Positions 23,942 through 37,719 of a DNA stretch of 64,000 bases are shown piece after piece (position 1 is the stretch's first letter; each line of letters opens with the position of its first letter). Origin of the DNA: Octopus sinensis (taxonomy: Eukaryota); contig NC_042999.1 of NCBI RefSeq assembly GCF_006345805.1, positions 62,930,001-62,994,000 on the forward strand. The letters are read 5' to 3'. The notes beneath the pieces were generated by a model that ran no database searches, was not told the DNA's origin, and worked only from the letters and a program-made list of their open reading frames with translations. A program made the position numbers and the translations under genes.

Positions 23942-24067
23942 CACAATTTGAGCCATAGGTAAATCCCCGATTAACTGCACATTTGTATCAAAATACAGTG
24001 ATAAATTATTCAGTTCCATTAGTTTGAACATCATTTCATTGACATTCCTGTACACAAAACATGGTAC
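23942..24067 (-). CDS. VPS13D: VPS13D-like exon 7 VPCFVYRNVNEMMFKLMELNNLSLYFDTNVQLIGDLPMAQIV
   Basis: ttgtag|GTA..GTG|gtaaga, 126 nt, phase 0-0; matches K.L....SIYWD...LLGDLP. Confidence 0.92.
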
Positions 24068-24893
24068 CTACAAAATAAAAATAAAACATTTTCAGAACTA
24101 TTCACCTATGCCAGTATGGAAAAAGGGACATTAACATTAAATGATGATGATGATATATATATATAGATCATTAATGGAAGTAGAGGTAAAAACAACAATG
24201 TTTTTCTTAATTGTACAAGAACACAAATTATAAGTGAGGTATAACTGATTGAATTAAATAGAGATGAAATCCAGACATGGATCAGCAGTACATCATATTA
24301 CCAGTTATCTTCATCTTGCATCTTCCTTTCAGTAAATCCCAGAGGGATCTGAAATCTGATCTCACTCTTTCTCACATTTTCATTGGCCTTCTACTTCTTT
24401 GGGAACCCTCCCAGGAAGATTACATGGCACTTTTTCTGCCAATATTCATTGCCCAGTATGCCCAGTTCATGTGTGCTCATGTGAAGGATTTCCCAACTGT
24501 TTTCATGATGAACATTCAGTTGTTTAATCAAATGAATTACCTACTTATTGTGTTAATGTCCAAATGACTGAGTATTCCATAGATACAAGTACCTTTAGCA
24601 TCTTTTTTGGACCAATTCAGCATGACAAGGTTGGATTTTGACTCACAGGTACAATCAATCCAATGAGCTTGCACACAAGTTTCTGTCTACCCAGTTTCAC
24701 TTACCAGGCATGGGTTGACCCACAACAATGCTAAAAGACACTTGCCCAAGATGCCCCTCTGTGGATTGAAACCATGGCCATTATGATTGCAGAGTGAACA
24801 GCACATAAATGAAAATAAAAGCAGAGTTATGGCAGGAACTTAGTCGTGAATGAAGGGTGACTAAGATGATGGTCTTAGAAAGCTGTACAGAAT

Positions 24894-25291
24894 ACTCTTT
24901 TACTTGTTTCAGTCATTTGACTGTGACCATGCTGGAGCACCACCTTTAGTCAAGCAAATCAACCCCAGGACTTATTCTTTGGAAGCCTAGTACTTATTTC
25001 ATCGGTCTCTTTTGCCAAACTGCTAAGTTACGGGGACGTAAACACACCACCATCGGTTGTCAAGCGATGTTGGGGGAACAAACACAGACACACAAACACA
25101 TACACACACACACACACATAAACATATACATATATACGACGGGCTTCTTTCAGTTTCCATCTACCAAATCCACTCACAAGGTTTTGGTCGGCCCAAGGCG
25201 ATAGTAGAGAACACTTGCCCAAGGTGCCACGCAGTGGGACTGAACCCGGAACCATGTGATTCACAAGCAAGCTACTTACCACACAGCCACT
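24894..25291 (-). mobile_element. tRNA-derived CORE-like SINE, family B (resembles octopus OR-type SINEs)
   Basis: Head with gggttcagtccc B-box, CORE-like accttgggcaagtgtcttct, internal TA/CA tract, tail gtcaaatgactgaaacaagtaaaaga. Confidence 0.85.
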
Positions 25292-25739
25292 CAACATCAT
25301 TAGTCACATTAAATTGTATGCGTTATAACAGCTTTCTCAATCTTCCTTGTTTACAAGTGCCAGTTTAGCAACCTTCATCTATAACAACATATTTGAGGGT
25401 GGTCAACCACTAACTACACTTATTGAATACTGATATTTGAAGATATGAGATTTCCCAGTCCACATGTATCTGAGTTGGTAAGGCACAGAGCCCCTTACTC
25501 AATACATCCATGTTTCACGAGCAATAACCATTACATCACCACAACCATTCAGGTTTTCTTTCTTAAAGATTCATCAATAATGCAAACATAGTGAAATGGA
25601 TGTAAAGCAAAAACAAACTTTTGTTATTGTCATTGTTGCTTCTACTGCAAAGAATAAAAAGCAAACAACCATTTCATTTTCTATTATAGTCACCTTCTAT
25701 TATAGTCATGTATATTTGCTACACTTATTATCCCTTTAA

Positions 25740-25975
25740 CCCTTTCATTGCCAACCTGGCTGAAACCGCCTCTGGCTCTGTAGTACAAATATCTGTTTTC
25801 ATAAGTTTTGATAAAGCGCAGGAGTGGCTATGTTGTAAGTAGCTTGCTTACCAACCATATGGTTCCAGGTTCATTCCCACTGTGTGGGACCTTGGGCAAG
25901 TGTCTTCTACTATAGCATTGGGCCAACTAAAGCCTTGTGAGTAGATTTGGTAGACGGAAACTGAAAGAAGCCTGT

Positions 25976-26026
<51 letters not shown>

Positions 26027-26401
26027 GTGTGTATATGTTTGTGTGTCTTTGTTTCTCCCCCAACATCGCTTGATAACCGATGGTAGTGTGTTTACGTTCC
26101 CGTAACCTAGCGGTTCGGCAAAAGAGACCGATAGAGTATGTACTAGGCTTCCAAAGAATAAGTCCTGGGGTCGATTTGTTCGACTAAAGGCGGTGCTCCA
26201 GCATGGCCACAGTCAAATGACTGAAACAAGTAAAAGAGTAAAAAAGAGAGAGAGAGTAAAATCTTCCACCAAATCTTCGTCACAATTTATGTTCCTATCA
26301 CTAGCTTAATGACAACTGAGTCATTTTACAAAATTCTTTGTTAGATTTTAAAGTAATTGAAAGAAACAGAGCATCTCAAAATAAATACGTTAACAAAAGG
26401 G
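25740..26401. mobile_element. piggyBac-type MITE (TTAA|CCCTTT...AAAGGG|TTAA) interrupted by a SINE
   Basis: TTAA at 25736-39 and 26402-05; related sequence at about 39745-39990. Confidence 0.65.
25814..26257 (+). mobile_element. SINE family B, inserted within a TTAA MITE
   Basis: Full-length homologue of 24894-25291 in opposite orientation. Confidence 0.85.
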
Positions 26402-28294
26402 TTAATGAGAAGCAAAATGCAGAACCAAAATCTCTATTAAAAGGAATAATCAACATTAATTAGCAAGTGCTCTCAGTTTTGAATTCTATTGCAACTTATA
26501 CAATGAAAATAGTATGATACATAGATTGAATACATAGGGGAAAATATCCTACAATAACTGTCATTAAGCTACTTAATACAAGAAATCATCTAACTCTCTA
26601 AGATTTAGTCAATGATGTATCTTTGAAGGAGAAATTACTTTAAAGAAACTACATACATGAACATGTGATGAAAATGAATGAGAAGAACTAAGTTATAAGA
26701 ATAAATAAACGCTTGTAAAATGATGGCAGATAATAACTGAGATACAATAGGCAAAGTAAAATTTCTTAACTAACATAAGGAAGCTAAAATGGAAAGGATT
26801 TGGCAATGGTTTGAGAGAGGATTACACAAATACACTAACAAATGCAAGCAACTGAAACACAAAGGTGATTTACAAAAAATAACCCTCTGCCGTCTAACTG
26901 TATGAAGTTGCTAAAGCCAACCATCTAAATCAGTTATATAATGCTCAGCTACAGTCGTAGCTGTGTGGTTAAGAAGCTTACTTTGCAACTGTGTGGTTTC
27001 CAGTTCAGTCCCACTGTGCAGTACCCTGAACAAGTGTCTTTTATTATGGCTCCAGGTTGTGAGTGAATTTGGTAGACAGAAACTGTGTGGAAGGAAGCCT
27101 GTCATGTGATGTGTTTGTGTCTTTGTGTTTTCACACCACCACCACCACCACCACCACTCAACAACTGGTTTGTTTATGACCCTGTAACTTAGCAATTTGG
27201 CAAAAGAGATTGAGAAAAAAAAAGTACCAGACTTAAAAATAAGTACTGGGATCAATTTCTTTGAATACTCTTCAAGGAAATGCCCCAGCACAGCCACAGT
27301 CCAATGACTGAAACAAGTAAAAGATAATATAAAAAAACAAAACTCAGAGAGTTAATTCTTAATATTGTGTTCTCCATTAGTCCACTCTGCAGAGTGGTTG
27401 GTCATCCAGGAAGGTCATCCAGCTGTAAAACTCCTGCCAAAACAGACACAGAAGTCTGGTGCAGGCTCCTGTCAAACCCATGCCAGCATGGAAGGTGGAC
27501 ATCAAATGATGATAATGACAATCAAGCTGCCACATTAAGAAAGAGTTCTTTTTTTTTTACGCAGTGTCATACAAAATAAAGCTGGTACTTCTAAGTGTAA
27601 AGTAAATATGAATGGAAATGATATTTTTTTCCTAATGCCAGCAATTATATTTCAAACTCTCTTATCTGATGTGTGATGAATTCAAGTCTAAACAAGCCTG
27701 AATTATTTCAAGAAATGTAGAGTGTAACCTTGTAAATGAATATTCCTTTATATGGCTTAACAATAGGAGAGAAGACAAATATAAAAATAGGAAGCATTTT
27801 CTTAATGATGAATAAAACCCAATCAATCAATGGCCATCAACAGAATAGAAACTTGCAATCCCAGACTAAAAGATTATAACAAATGGAAGAGATTAAATCA
27901 GTAAATATTTAGTTTGAATTAATGATTTCAAATTTTGGCACAAGACCAGCAATTTTAGGGGAAGGGGTTAGTCAATACTTTTGACCCCAGTGCTCAACTG
28001 GTACTTATTTTATTGACTCCCAAAAGGATGAAAGGCAAAGATAACTCAGCGACATTTGAACTCAGATTGTAAAGAGCCAAATGAAACGTTGCTAAGCATT
28101 TTGTCCAATGTGTTAATGATTCTGCCAGCTTGATGCCTTGTTGCTGAGCACCAGGTCATTCTTGAATGAGTAAAACTATGGCTAGAACTATCTTGTCTTT
28201 ACAGCTGTATATAATATAATATTGGTTTCAAATTGTGGCACAAGGCCAGCAATTTCAGTGGAGGGGGTAAGTCGATTACAACAACCCCAGTATT

Positions 28295-28548
28295 CATCAT
28301 CATCATTGTTTAATGTCTGCTTTCCATGCTAGCATGGGTTGGACAATTTTGACTGAGGGCTGGCAAACAAGATGGCTGCACCAGGTTCCAATCTTGATCT
28401 GGCAGAGTTTCTACAGCTGGATGCCCTTCCTAATGTCAACCACTCTGTGAGTGTAGTGGGTGCTTTTACATGCCACTGGCACGGGGGCCAGTCAGGCGGT
28501 ACTGGCAATGACCTCGCTCGAATCGTTTTACACATGCCACCGGCACTA
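28295..28548 (-). mobile_element. RTE 3' UTR fragment nested inside a SINE
   Basis: The flanking SINE halves (28225-28292 and 28550-28592) join into a continuous family-A element. Confidence 0.75.
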
Positions 28549-29296
28549 CAAATTTTATTGATCCTGAAAGGATGAAAGGCAAAGTCGACCCAGTTCACTG
28601 CCATATAGCTGTACCTAATATTACATTAGGTGCAGACATGGTCGTGTGGTTAAGAAGATTGCTTTGCAACCATGTGATTGTAGGTTCACTCATCGTGTAT
28701 TAAACTGTGGTTAAGCACTTTTCTGATAGTTTCAGTTGACCAATCCCTCGTGAGTGGAATTTACAAGGCAGAAACTGTATGTGGAAGCCTATCAGATATG
28801 ACAGTGTTTCATTATTCCAGTAAGATAGATGGAGCTTCTGGGAAAGGTAATGGCAAACTGACTTCTAATGTATCAAGGAAGTTTTGCAAATGTTTCACAT
28901 GGCCAACAGAAGTCAAAATATAACTTGATGGTACTTTTTAGGATTATGTTATTTAATGTATCTATCCCTTTTTTAAGACAAGAGGGTACACTCTGAGGAA
29001 AATTTGGCTGGTATTTCAAGCAGGCTGACCGACCACATAGTGGCTCCCTCATTGGCAGATTTAGTTGAGGTGAAAACATAATCAAGAAGGGAGACCAAGA
29101 GTTAAAGAAGAATTAGATAAACTGAAGAGGTGATGAAGTGGATGGGAAACTGAATAAGATAGGAAGAGTAGGGACTGTTATAAGATCAATGAAAGAAACG
29201 GGACAAGCTCAGTAGTGGGATAGGGTCAGTGAATAAAAGTTTTGCAGTTAATGAAGTTGTGAGAAGAAATCAATATAGACATTATATATTACTGAC

Positions 29297-29413
29297 CCAG
29301 TTTTCATCAGTGCTCTGAGCTATTAGACTGTCTAAATCAATTCCCACAGCAAAGGGATGAGAAGGATTCAGGTCGCTGTCTTCATACCGTATGTGGACAT
29401 CATTGACGTGGAG
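29297..29413 (-). CDS. VPS13D: VPS13D-like exon 6 LHVNDVHIRYEDSDLNPSHPFAVGIDLDSLIAQSTDENW
   Basis: tttcag|CTC..TGG|gtcagt, 117 nt, phase 0-0; VPS13 hallmark DVHIRYED and NPSHPFA.G as in VPS13D. Confidence 0.95.
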
Positions 29414-32219
29414 CTGAAATTGTAATATTATTTTCAACAAACATTTAATACCAGACAAAGATTAATAAACAATTCTGATTCTAAAATTACATGAAAACTT
29501 ATAAAACTATAACATGTCTTATCTCCCTACTCTTTCCAGTTTAGGTATGGGATGGCAGAAGAGGTACACAAACTGCAAAAAATATTATATTTGGGTGTTT
29601 CCTGATTACAGGACATTCAACAAGGTCGATATTTCTTTCTATTAATCTCCAAAGTCGAAATAATAAGCACCAGACGAAGTGCTGTGTTTGATATAATCAA
29701 CTAAAATCCTTGAAGGCTATGCCCCAGCATGGCCAAAATACAATCACCAAAGCCAGTGAAGGGTTAAAAGAATACAAGGGATTAGTACTTCAATCTCATT
29801 CATTCCCAGAATTAAAATTTAAAAAATGTCCTTTTTCTATGCTGCAAAAACATTTATAGATACTTTTGTTGCATAAAAAGAGGACATATTTTAATGAGCC
29901 ATGGCACAAAAAAAAAATAATAAAATAAACCAAGAAAAATTCATTCCCAAGTGATATATTTTATTTCTGATAAAAACAGTTTGAAGTATATAACTTATAT
30001 TTGGCAACCAAATTCTTCAATTATTTTTAAATCTATCTGACAGAATAATATGCCACAAACAACTGACATTTTGCTCTAATTACAAAAATAAAATAGCATT
30101 TAATGGCTCTCAGAAAAATTTAAATAAATAAAATAAGTGAAATGTGTCAGAATTCTTTGCTAGTTCTAAACTGGCAGCATCATAACCAATTTGAGTTATC
30201 CAAGATGTGGATATTGCTATTTAAAAACTATTTTAGGGAACAAACTGTTTAGAAGAAAGAGATGAATAGATTCACATTACTATATATACTGTGCACAGAA
30301 GATTCTCAGCATACCAAACATTAAATAGAAATAATTCTTTTAAAATTTTGGCACAAGGCCAGCAAGATTAGTAGGAGGGAGTTCAGTTGATTACATCAAC
30401 TCCACTACTTGAATTGGTTCTTTATTTTATCAACCCTGCAAGGATGAACAGCAAACGGGATCCTGACAGTATGTGGATTCAGAAAGTGAAGAATCAGAAG
30501 AAATGCAACTAAGCATTTTTGCCACTGAGCATTTTGTCCAACATGCTCATGATTCGACCAGCTTAGTGCCTTATTATAATGAAATAAGGAAAGCCCTTTG
30601 TAATTGTTGCACTAGGATAACAAGTCCTGTTTTCTTTAAAGGAATGCAGGGAAACTATTTAGTTTGTTAACTGAAATTATAAAAGTTGGATGTGATGCAC
30701 TTAATAGCTATTTTGAGGTCAATCCGTTAATCTCAAGTAATTTATTATAAAATATACATATAAGAAATTATATAGATAATTATTATTTTTGCTGCTGTTG
30801 TCACCATAGGCACCACCACCATCATCAATACCTCAGTTCAACAGCATTATCTGCTGCAGGAATCCCAGTCTCATTTCCTTACATCCCTTACTTCCACCAA
30901 ATAATCACGTTTGACACCCTCTCTGCTAGCTTACTTAATGTCTATGTTGCAAATGATGCACGAGTGTGTCTTGAATCTATAGTTCCTTTGAATATCTATT
31001 TTGAGAAGCAAAACTCATCTCTTTGTAGGTACAGAGTTTAATGGTGCAAATAGCCAACTGCAGAGATTTGCCATCATTTATTACTGGGAAGTGGTCAGTA
31101 CAGCAACAATAAGACACATTTTTCAGGACATTTATACACTGTTATCGCAATAACATATTTTCCTTTGCTTTAACAATTTTCTCCCAAATAAGGCCTGAGG
31201 CCACTGTAATGTAAGGGACTACAAAGAAGGAAAAGATGTTGATTGACAGAAAGATTAAAGGACTGAAAATCACAGATCAGTGGAAAAGATGATGATGATG
31301 GTAGTGAGTTCCAGAAAGCAGCCGTTCAAGAAAAAATGCAATTAGAAAAAAATAGGTCTTATGACTAACAAGAAGATCAACAGAGAAATGATGTGCCTGG
31401 AAAGAGAAGTGGGTAACATATTTAAAGGTCTTAACAGAGTACTAGACCAGAAAGTTCATCAGAGCAATGACCATGAAAATACACAATAGCTAACACCAGT
31501 ATTTTCTTCCCGCATGTCTTCTTTTTACTTCAACTTTTGTCAATGATTCTAACCTTATACCAAGTAGCTACTTATGTACATCACCACATCCATTTTCATA
31601 GAAACCAAAGTAATTATATTTGGAATCAGTCCAGAGCAGAGTTAAAACAGTATTTCACTAACATTGGAGTTACCACCATCACCGCCAGGACTACCAAAAG
31701 AACAACAAGTTGCAGAGATTAAGGCTGAAATAAGTAGCCAAGAAGATAAGCTGCTAAAACTCTTGGCACACATACACAAACCATTCTCCAGTCTCAGATG
31801 GCTTAGAGAGACTGTGAGCACTGCTTATCTTCGACCAAGCAACAATAACAAACTTGCAAAATGAATAATCAGTTGTGTATAGCCTGTTCTTAGAATAGGC
31901 ATGCTACATCCCTATGCATTGCAAAAGGTGATTAAAAGAGCTTGTAATAGGAAGGGCATCTGACTATAAAACACTACCTCAGGAGATCTATCCAACCTAT
32001 GCCAGTGTAGAACAATTGTCTATAAACAATAATGATAATGATAATAATGATGACAGTTATGATGATGACAATGATGATGATATGATAACATCATAATTTT
32101 GGAAGGTGACTTAAGAGTTTCTTTTAAAAGAAGAATGAAAAACAACATGGAAGAACTTAAATGTAATGAAGAAAAAAGTGAACAAGTATAACAGTAAAAA
32201 AGAGGATATTCTTAAATAC

Positions 32220-32303
32220 CTGCAAGTTTTCAAGAATGTTGCTTGCCACAGATGTTAGAGTGACAAGCCAAGAACTTGAAGAAGCCTTTGATTTCCCAGA
32301 TTG
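32220..32303 (-). CDS. VPS13D: VPS13D-like exon 5 QSGKSKASSSSWLVTLTSVASNILENLQ
   Basis: tttgcag|CAA..CAG|gtattt, 84 nt, phase 0-0; ends in the conserved I.ENLQ motif. Confidence 0.9.
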
Positions 32304-33643
32304 CTGCAAAAAATGAATAAATAAAAAATAAAATAACTGATTTACAAAATATTTTAGAAAAAAAGAGAAAAAGCAACTATCAAATAATGATTTCTTACAA
32401 ATAGTATAAATCCCCTCCCCCCAATAAAAAGCTAAATAGTTGTTTAAATTACTTCTAGAGGTGGTATTATTCATTGATTGCAGAAGTAAAAGTTTGTTTC
32501 TAGCAAAATTTTGTATTAAAAACCTGAACTGAGAAGATATTCAATCTGGTGCTCAACAGTATTGGTTTTGGACTGAACCAAAAGACATCAATTATTAACA
32601 AAAGTAATTTCTTAGTTGTATGTGTGTGAGAAAGAGTCAAGTAAATCAAGCACACTTTATCTATTAGTACTTATTTCCTCAACTAGGGAACTTGAACCAG
32701 CAAATGAACTTGGTGAACAATTGCTTAACCGGTTAGAAATAGAAGTCAAATTTCCCTGAAATCACATCCTACTGTCTTGAAAAAAAAAAAGAAAGGATGC
32801 TTTCAGCAATGTTGTCTGAAAAACATTGTCAGAAAATAAGTCGGGATGGTTATAGCTGGAATGCCTTTGATCTGGGCTGTCCTAAAGCTAAACAACAATC
32901 ACCATCATGAAGAGCTTAAGTGCAAAGCTAATACCAGCATTTTTTGAAATCAGAACATAAATGAACAGAACTACATAATATAGCACTTTTAATTGAGTAG
33001 TCTGCTGTTTCTGAAAACTCATTGCCCTGTAATAAATGATGTCTGTATATAATAATGAAACCCCAGAAATACATAAGGCAGGATAAAATGAAGTTACGAT
33101 GTCTACATAAACTTTGGCAGAACCATTTTGGCACTGCTGGTTTGTCACTGACTTATTTGATGTCAAACATGTTAATGTTTTTCTCTCTCTTTCTCTTTCT
33201 TTATGTGTTTATGTGTATGAGCATCTAGTTACATTTAAATCTATGTGTAATCCTCTCTCTTGCTTTCTCTCACTATATGCATGTGTATATTTCTTTGTGT
33301 ACATGTGTCTGTCTGCCTCCAGTGACAAAACACACTGTTACCAAAACATGCTGAATATCCAGTCAGCTGTGCCAAACTGTCAATGTCCAAAGGGCACTGC
33401 TCAATCATCTCGTTCTGACATAAATCATAACTGAAAGCTCAAACTGAAAATCAAAACCTGGACTCAAGTTTCCAAGACTTTACATCCACCAATAATACAA
33501 AATTCCTTTCTTACATCCACCACCATTACAAAACTCTTATTATAAAATTATTTCTTAATAAGGATTTCTTAAATGTGAAAAAGATTTATAAACAGATTCT
33601 TAAAATGATTTTGTTTTTAATGACAAAAAACATGTTAATTTAC

Positions 33644-33721
33644 CTTTAACATATCATCAACAGTCTCAAGGGCAAGTTGTTTTGAACTTTGGTAGAGTTT
33701 TTTCCGTTCAATCTTATCACA
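33644..33721 (-). CDS. VPS13D: VPS13D-like exon 4 CDKIERKKLYQSSKQLALETVDDMLK
   Basis: ttttgcag|TGT..AAG|gtaaat, 78 nt, phase 0-0; position corresponds to the chorein EKEK..KK..L..LE segment. Confidence 0.8.
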
Positions 33722-34102
33722 CTGCAAAAGTAAAAGAAAGGAGTAAGGATAAACTGAGGTTCAAGATAGGCTATTCCTTTATTCTTTTAGTCATTAGGTT
33801 ACAGCTATGCTGGAAGACAACCTTTAAGGGTTTGAGTTGATTTATATCAAGCCAGTAATGTATATAGTGCTTATTTTACTGACCTCATAAGGTGAAAGGG
33901 TCAAGTCAACATAAGCATAAAGAGAAATAACTAGAATGGGGACTAAATATCACATGATCTCTTTATACTTTGTACTAATTTTGCCATTGTACACTGACAG
34001 AAATATCCGTGTATGTATGTGAGTGTGTGAATGTATACATACATATAATAGATACATATACATTCATCTGTATCTACCTATCAATCTCTCTCTCTTACAC
34101 AC

Positions 34103-34153
<51 letters not shown>

Positions 34154-34794
34154 ACAGGGACATAGAAATTCCAGGTTAGTGTTTGGTGTACTGTAAGACC
34201 ACTGGAAGAGAAAGTATGTCGCTAGGAGAAAGTACTACTGTGTCCACAGCTACACCAGGGATATAACGGAGTGGCAGTCTGACCTCAGCAGTCATGAGAG
34301 GTACCCAAACTAGAAGAAGGACAACTCCTCTGAGCTTAAACACTTACTACTTGTGAGTTACTGCAAAGAGGTGAAGGCTAAGGAAGTCAAAGCTGATGCT
34401 AAATCAGGTTGGAAGATAACTCAAGTACCACCAACCCTATTCATCCCAAAGACAGCATGAAGTCACAATGAGTGGATTGCAGTGTGTGTGGCAAAGAATA
34501 TTGGTTGTATCAGAGGTCTCTATTGACCCTCAGCCATAATGATGGGAATATTTATTCATTCACACTCACATACGACAGGCTTCAGTATAGTTAGTGTCTA
34601 CCAAAATTTATAATTTTTGGTTGAACTGAGGCTGTGGGAAAAGGCGCTTACCCAAAGTGCAGCACAGTGAGGTTGAAACTGGAACTGCAAAGCTGCAAAG
34701 TGAACTTCTGACTCACGAAACTATGCCTGTACCCAATGTATTTTCAAAAATTGTAAAGGACATAATAATGGCTTTAGCTCAAAAACTGGTTTAA

Positions 34795-35000
34795 AATTTT
34801 GGCACAAGGCCAGCAATTTCAGAGGAGGGAGTAAGTCAATTACATCAACCCCAGTACTCAATTGGTACTTATTTTATTGACCTCCAAAAGGGTGAAAGGC
34901 AAAGTTGAGCTTGGTGGAATTTGAACTCAGAATGTAAATACAGATGAAATGCCAATAAGCATTTTGCCTGGTGAGATAACAATTCTGCCAGCTCGCAAAA
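34795..35000 (-). mobile_element. SINE, family A-related subfamily (tail ..aaatttgctggccttgtgccaaaa)
   Basis: Same head and core as family A. Further copies near 4395-4575, 27925-28140, 30345-30570, 53079-53405, 56805-57005 and 59418-59625. Confidence 0.75.
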
Positions 35001-35087
35001 TCATAAAAAAATGCATGGCAGTAAGACTGGAATTATGTCACATCAAGAAGCAGCAGAGAACAAAATATGTTATAAACTGATACTTAC

Positions 35088-35200
35088 ATCTGCATGTTTC
35101 ATAGGTTCAACAATGATGTAGACACCTTCCATTGTGATGACCCATGGTTCACTGTGAATCCGTGTCACTGGGATTTTTAAGGTGATTTTACGTATCATCC
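35088..35200 (-). CDS. VPS13D: VPS13D-like exon 3 (G)MIRKITLKIPVTRIHSEPWVITMEGVYIIVEPMKHAD
   Basis: ttgcag|GG..GAT|gtaagt, 113 nt, phase 1-0; chorein motif TLKIP..PWVI. Confidence 0.93.
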
Positions 35201-37641
35201 CTGCAACGTAGAAGTGATCACACATAGTGACGTAAATGAATAAAATATGATCTGAGAACTGAATGTATTTAGCAATTAGGCAAGAATTAAATACTTCAAC
35301 TGAAGAGAGTTAACGATTTAATAACACATGAGTTATTAAAACAAAACAGCCAATACACATGAACTATCAAGACATTTATTAACAAAGAAGAAACCTACTA
35401 ATGCTTCCTCATTAAAAGCAGATCGAAACATTATACAAAGAGAAAAAGAAAAACAGTGTTACTTTAAAATTTCAAGAGACAAAGTTTACATTGATCAATC
35501 AATCTTATCTTTATTCTAGCACAAAAAAGAATGGCTAATAGACTAGTTTAATAATCTTTGTAAAAGTTTCATATTAAGGATTCATTTATCATAAATTTGA
35601 TGTGTGTGGGTAGCTAACATTGCTAAAAATGTTTGATAGGTTTCAGTAACATATGAAAAAAAAATACAGTCATGGGTACTAGGGCCAAACTGATTAAGAT
35701 AGTTTTGAAAGGAAAGAATAATTTCCTTAATGACAGATACACAAAGCAAAATTATAAAACACAAGGCGCACACACAAGAAAATCAAAAATCTTGTGTTTT
35801 TAGTAAATATATATTTCTAGTCTCAGTATGAAAAGTGGTTACCATGTATAACACAGACTTTTCTATGTGGCCAGAGTAAAAAAAAAAAAACAGTTTGGCA
35901 AGTTTTGGCATTTGTTAACATTTCATCAGAGAACAGTTACTCATTCCTGTCCACAGAGAAAATAGATAACTTATGGCTGTTTAAAATATATGCAAACTTG
36001 AACACAATTAGCCAGACTAATTTGCATAACATTGACAGCATGAATGAATACATTAATTAATCACTGATAAATGCAGAAACTAAATCAATCTCTTTTCCTC
36101 GTTACAGACAGAAGCAGCTGTGGTTTAATCTAGGTGTCTACTTATTACACCCGGGTTAAGTGTGCTTACTAAAAACACTTGCTTGTAAGTTTACTTTGTG
36201 CTTCTAAACACACATACACACAATCCTGCAACAGAAGGGTTCCATAACTAAAAGTGTATTATGGCATCAAAACCCCAGCCTCATCTCTGTTCCAATACAA
36301 TACATTGATCTACTTCAGTTGATCAGTGAAACTGGAGAATCAACTTATTTTTATTAGCATTAAGACATCACAATAGATTAGGTTTTATGATTCACTTGTA
36401 CCACATTCTTGGCAACAATTTTTTCATTCCCTTTTAGGACACCAATTTCTTTACTTGTAGCTGAGTATCGTATGAGAAATAAGTTTGCTACTTTTTTTTG
36501 CCATACTCCCTCTAATATTAGAATATGAAGGCATTGCAAATGAGAGATTTCAGCTACCTCAGTCACCTATAATCAAATCATTCGTTCACAATTCATATTT
36601 GGAAACCTTAAGTGAAAGTTTTCTTAAACTTTAATGCAAAACTTGTCTTTCTTCATTGTCACCTAATAATACATTTAACCATGAGAGAGAAAGAAAAACT
36701 TTTAAAAAAATAACAAAAAAAACAAAGACACTAAGAAAGAAATACTGTAGCAGAGAGAGAGAGACAGACAGAAATTGAAGAACTAACTGAAAGCGTTCTA
36801 CAAAATTAATTTTATCTGAGCTAAATCAGTTTTTCATTCTAACAATTGACAACATAAATAGAATTGGCATTTAAATCAATGGAATTAAAAATAGCTGCTG
36901 ATCAACCAGTAGATTCCAATTTTACTGACTACTACCTACAGACCTGACATGGAGTTGGATGAAGAAACGAAGAACCACAATGAAAAGCCAACAGTCCCCA
37001 TCTATCACTGGGACAGTATTGTGTCCTTGTGAAAGCTAAATCCTGACAAGTCCTGTTGGTCCACTAAAAAACACTTGATCTCAGCCACCTGGAATATTGC
37101 TATGCTACTAGTAATGTTCACCTTATAATGTCAATTGTACTTCTGAGTAAGAGACAATCTTACATGGAGAACACTCTCTGTGCAGTAACAGAACTACTCT
37201 CTGGAGTGAAGACAGCAGAGATATGATTTCATTTATATATAGAAAATCTGAGACTGAAATTAAACTTTGGCACTGCAAGAAGCAAATCCTGAAACAGGAT
37301 GCCACTGCATATTACAAAACTCTCTCTCTCTCTCTCTCTGAATTAGGACCAGATACTGTAATAGCTTAGAGTTGAAACAGATCTTCAAGATCATCTTGTA
37401 AATTATAAAGAATTTGCACAGATAGATGTCAACACTTGGACATTCTATTGTATGAGAGACCAGATGAACCAATATTATAGTCTCAGAAACACAGTGGTTA
37501 ATAGCATCAAACTCCCTTACCCAAATACCAAATGCAGGACAATGGCTACAGCAAAATGGATAGTGGTCCGTTCCTTAACTCATAATAACCAATAAAACAA
37601 TAAAAGAGTAAATAAGTTTATGGATAAAAAATAACACAAAC

Positions 37642-37719
37642 CTTTCTTGAGCTGCAAAGGCAGCCCAAACTGGTTAAAGACATCTTTCTTCAAGATGAGA
37701 TCATCAAGCTGAACAGCAC
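37642..37719 (-). CDS. VPS13D: VPS13D-like exon 2 (G)AVQLDDLILKKDVFNQFGLPLQLKK(G)
   Basis: ttttag|GT..AAG|gtttgt, 78 nt, phase 1-1; aligns by eye to GAVELENLPLKKDALKELELPFEVKAG. Confidence 0.93.

Noticed and set aside
36090-36300. Non-repetitive intronic block considered as a possible snoRNA or conserved element
   Set aside because: No box C/D or H/ACA architecture could be established on the host strand by eye.
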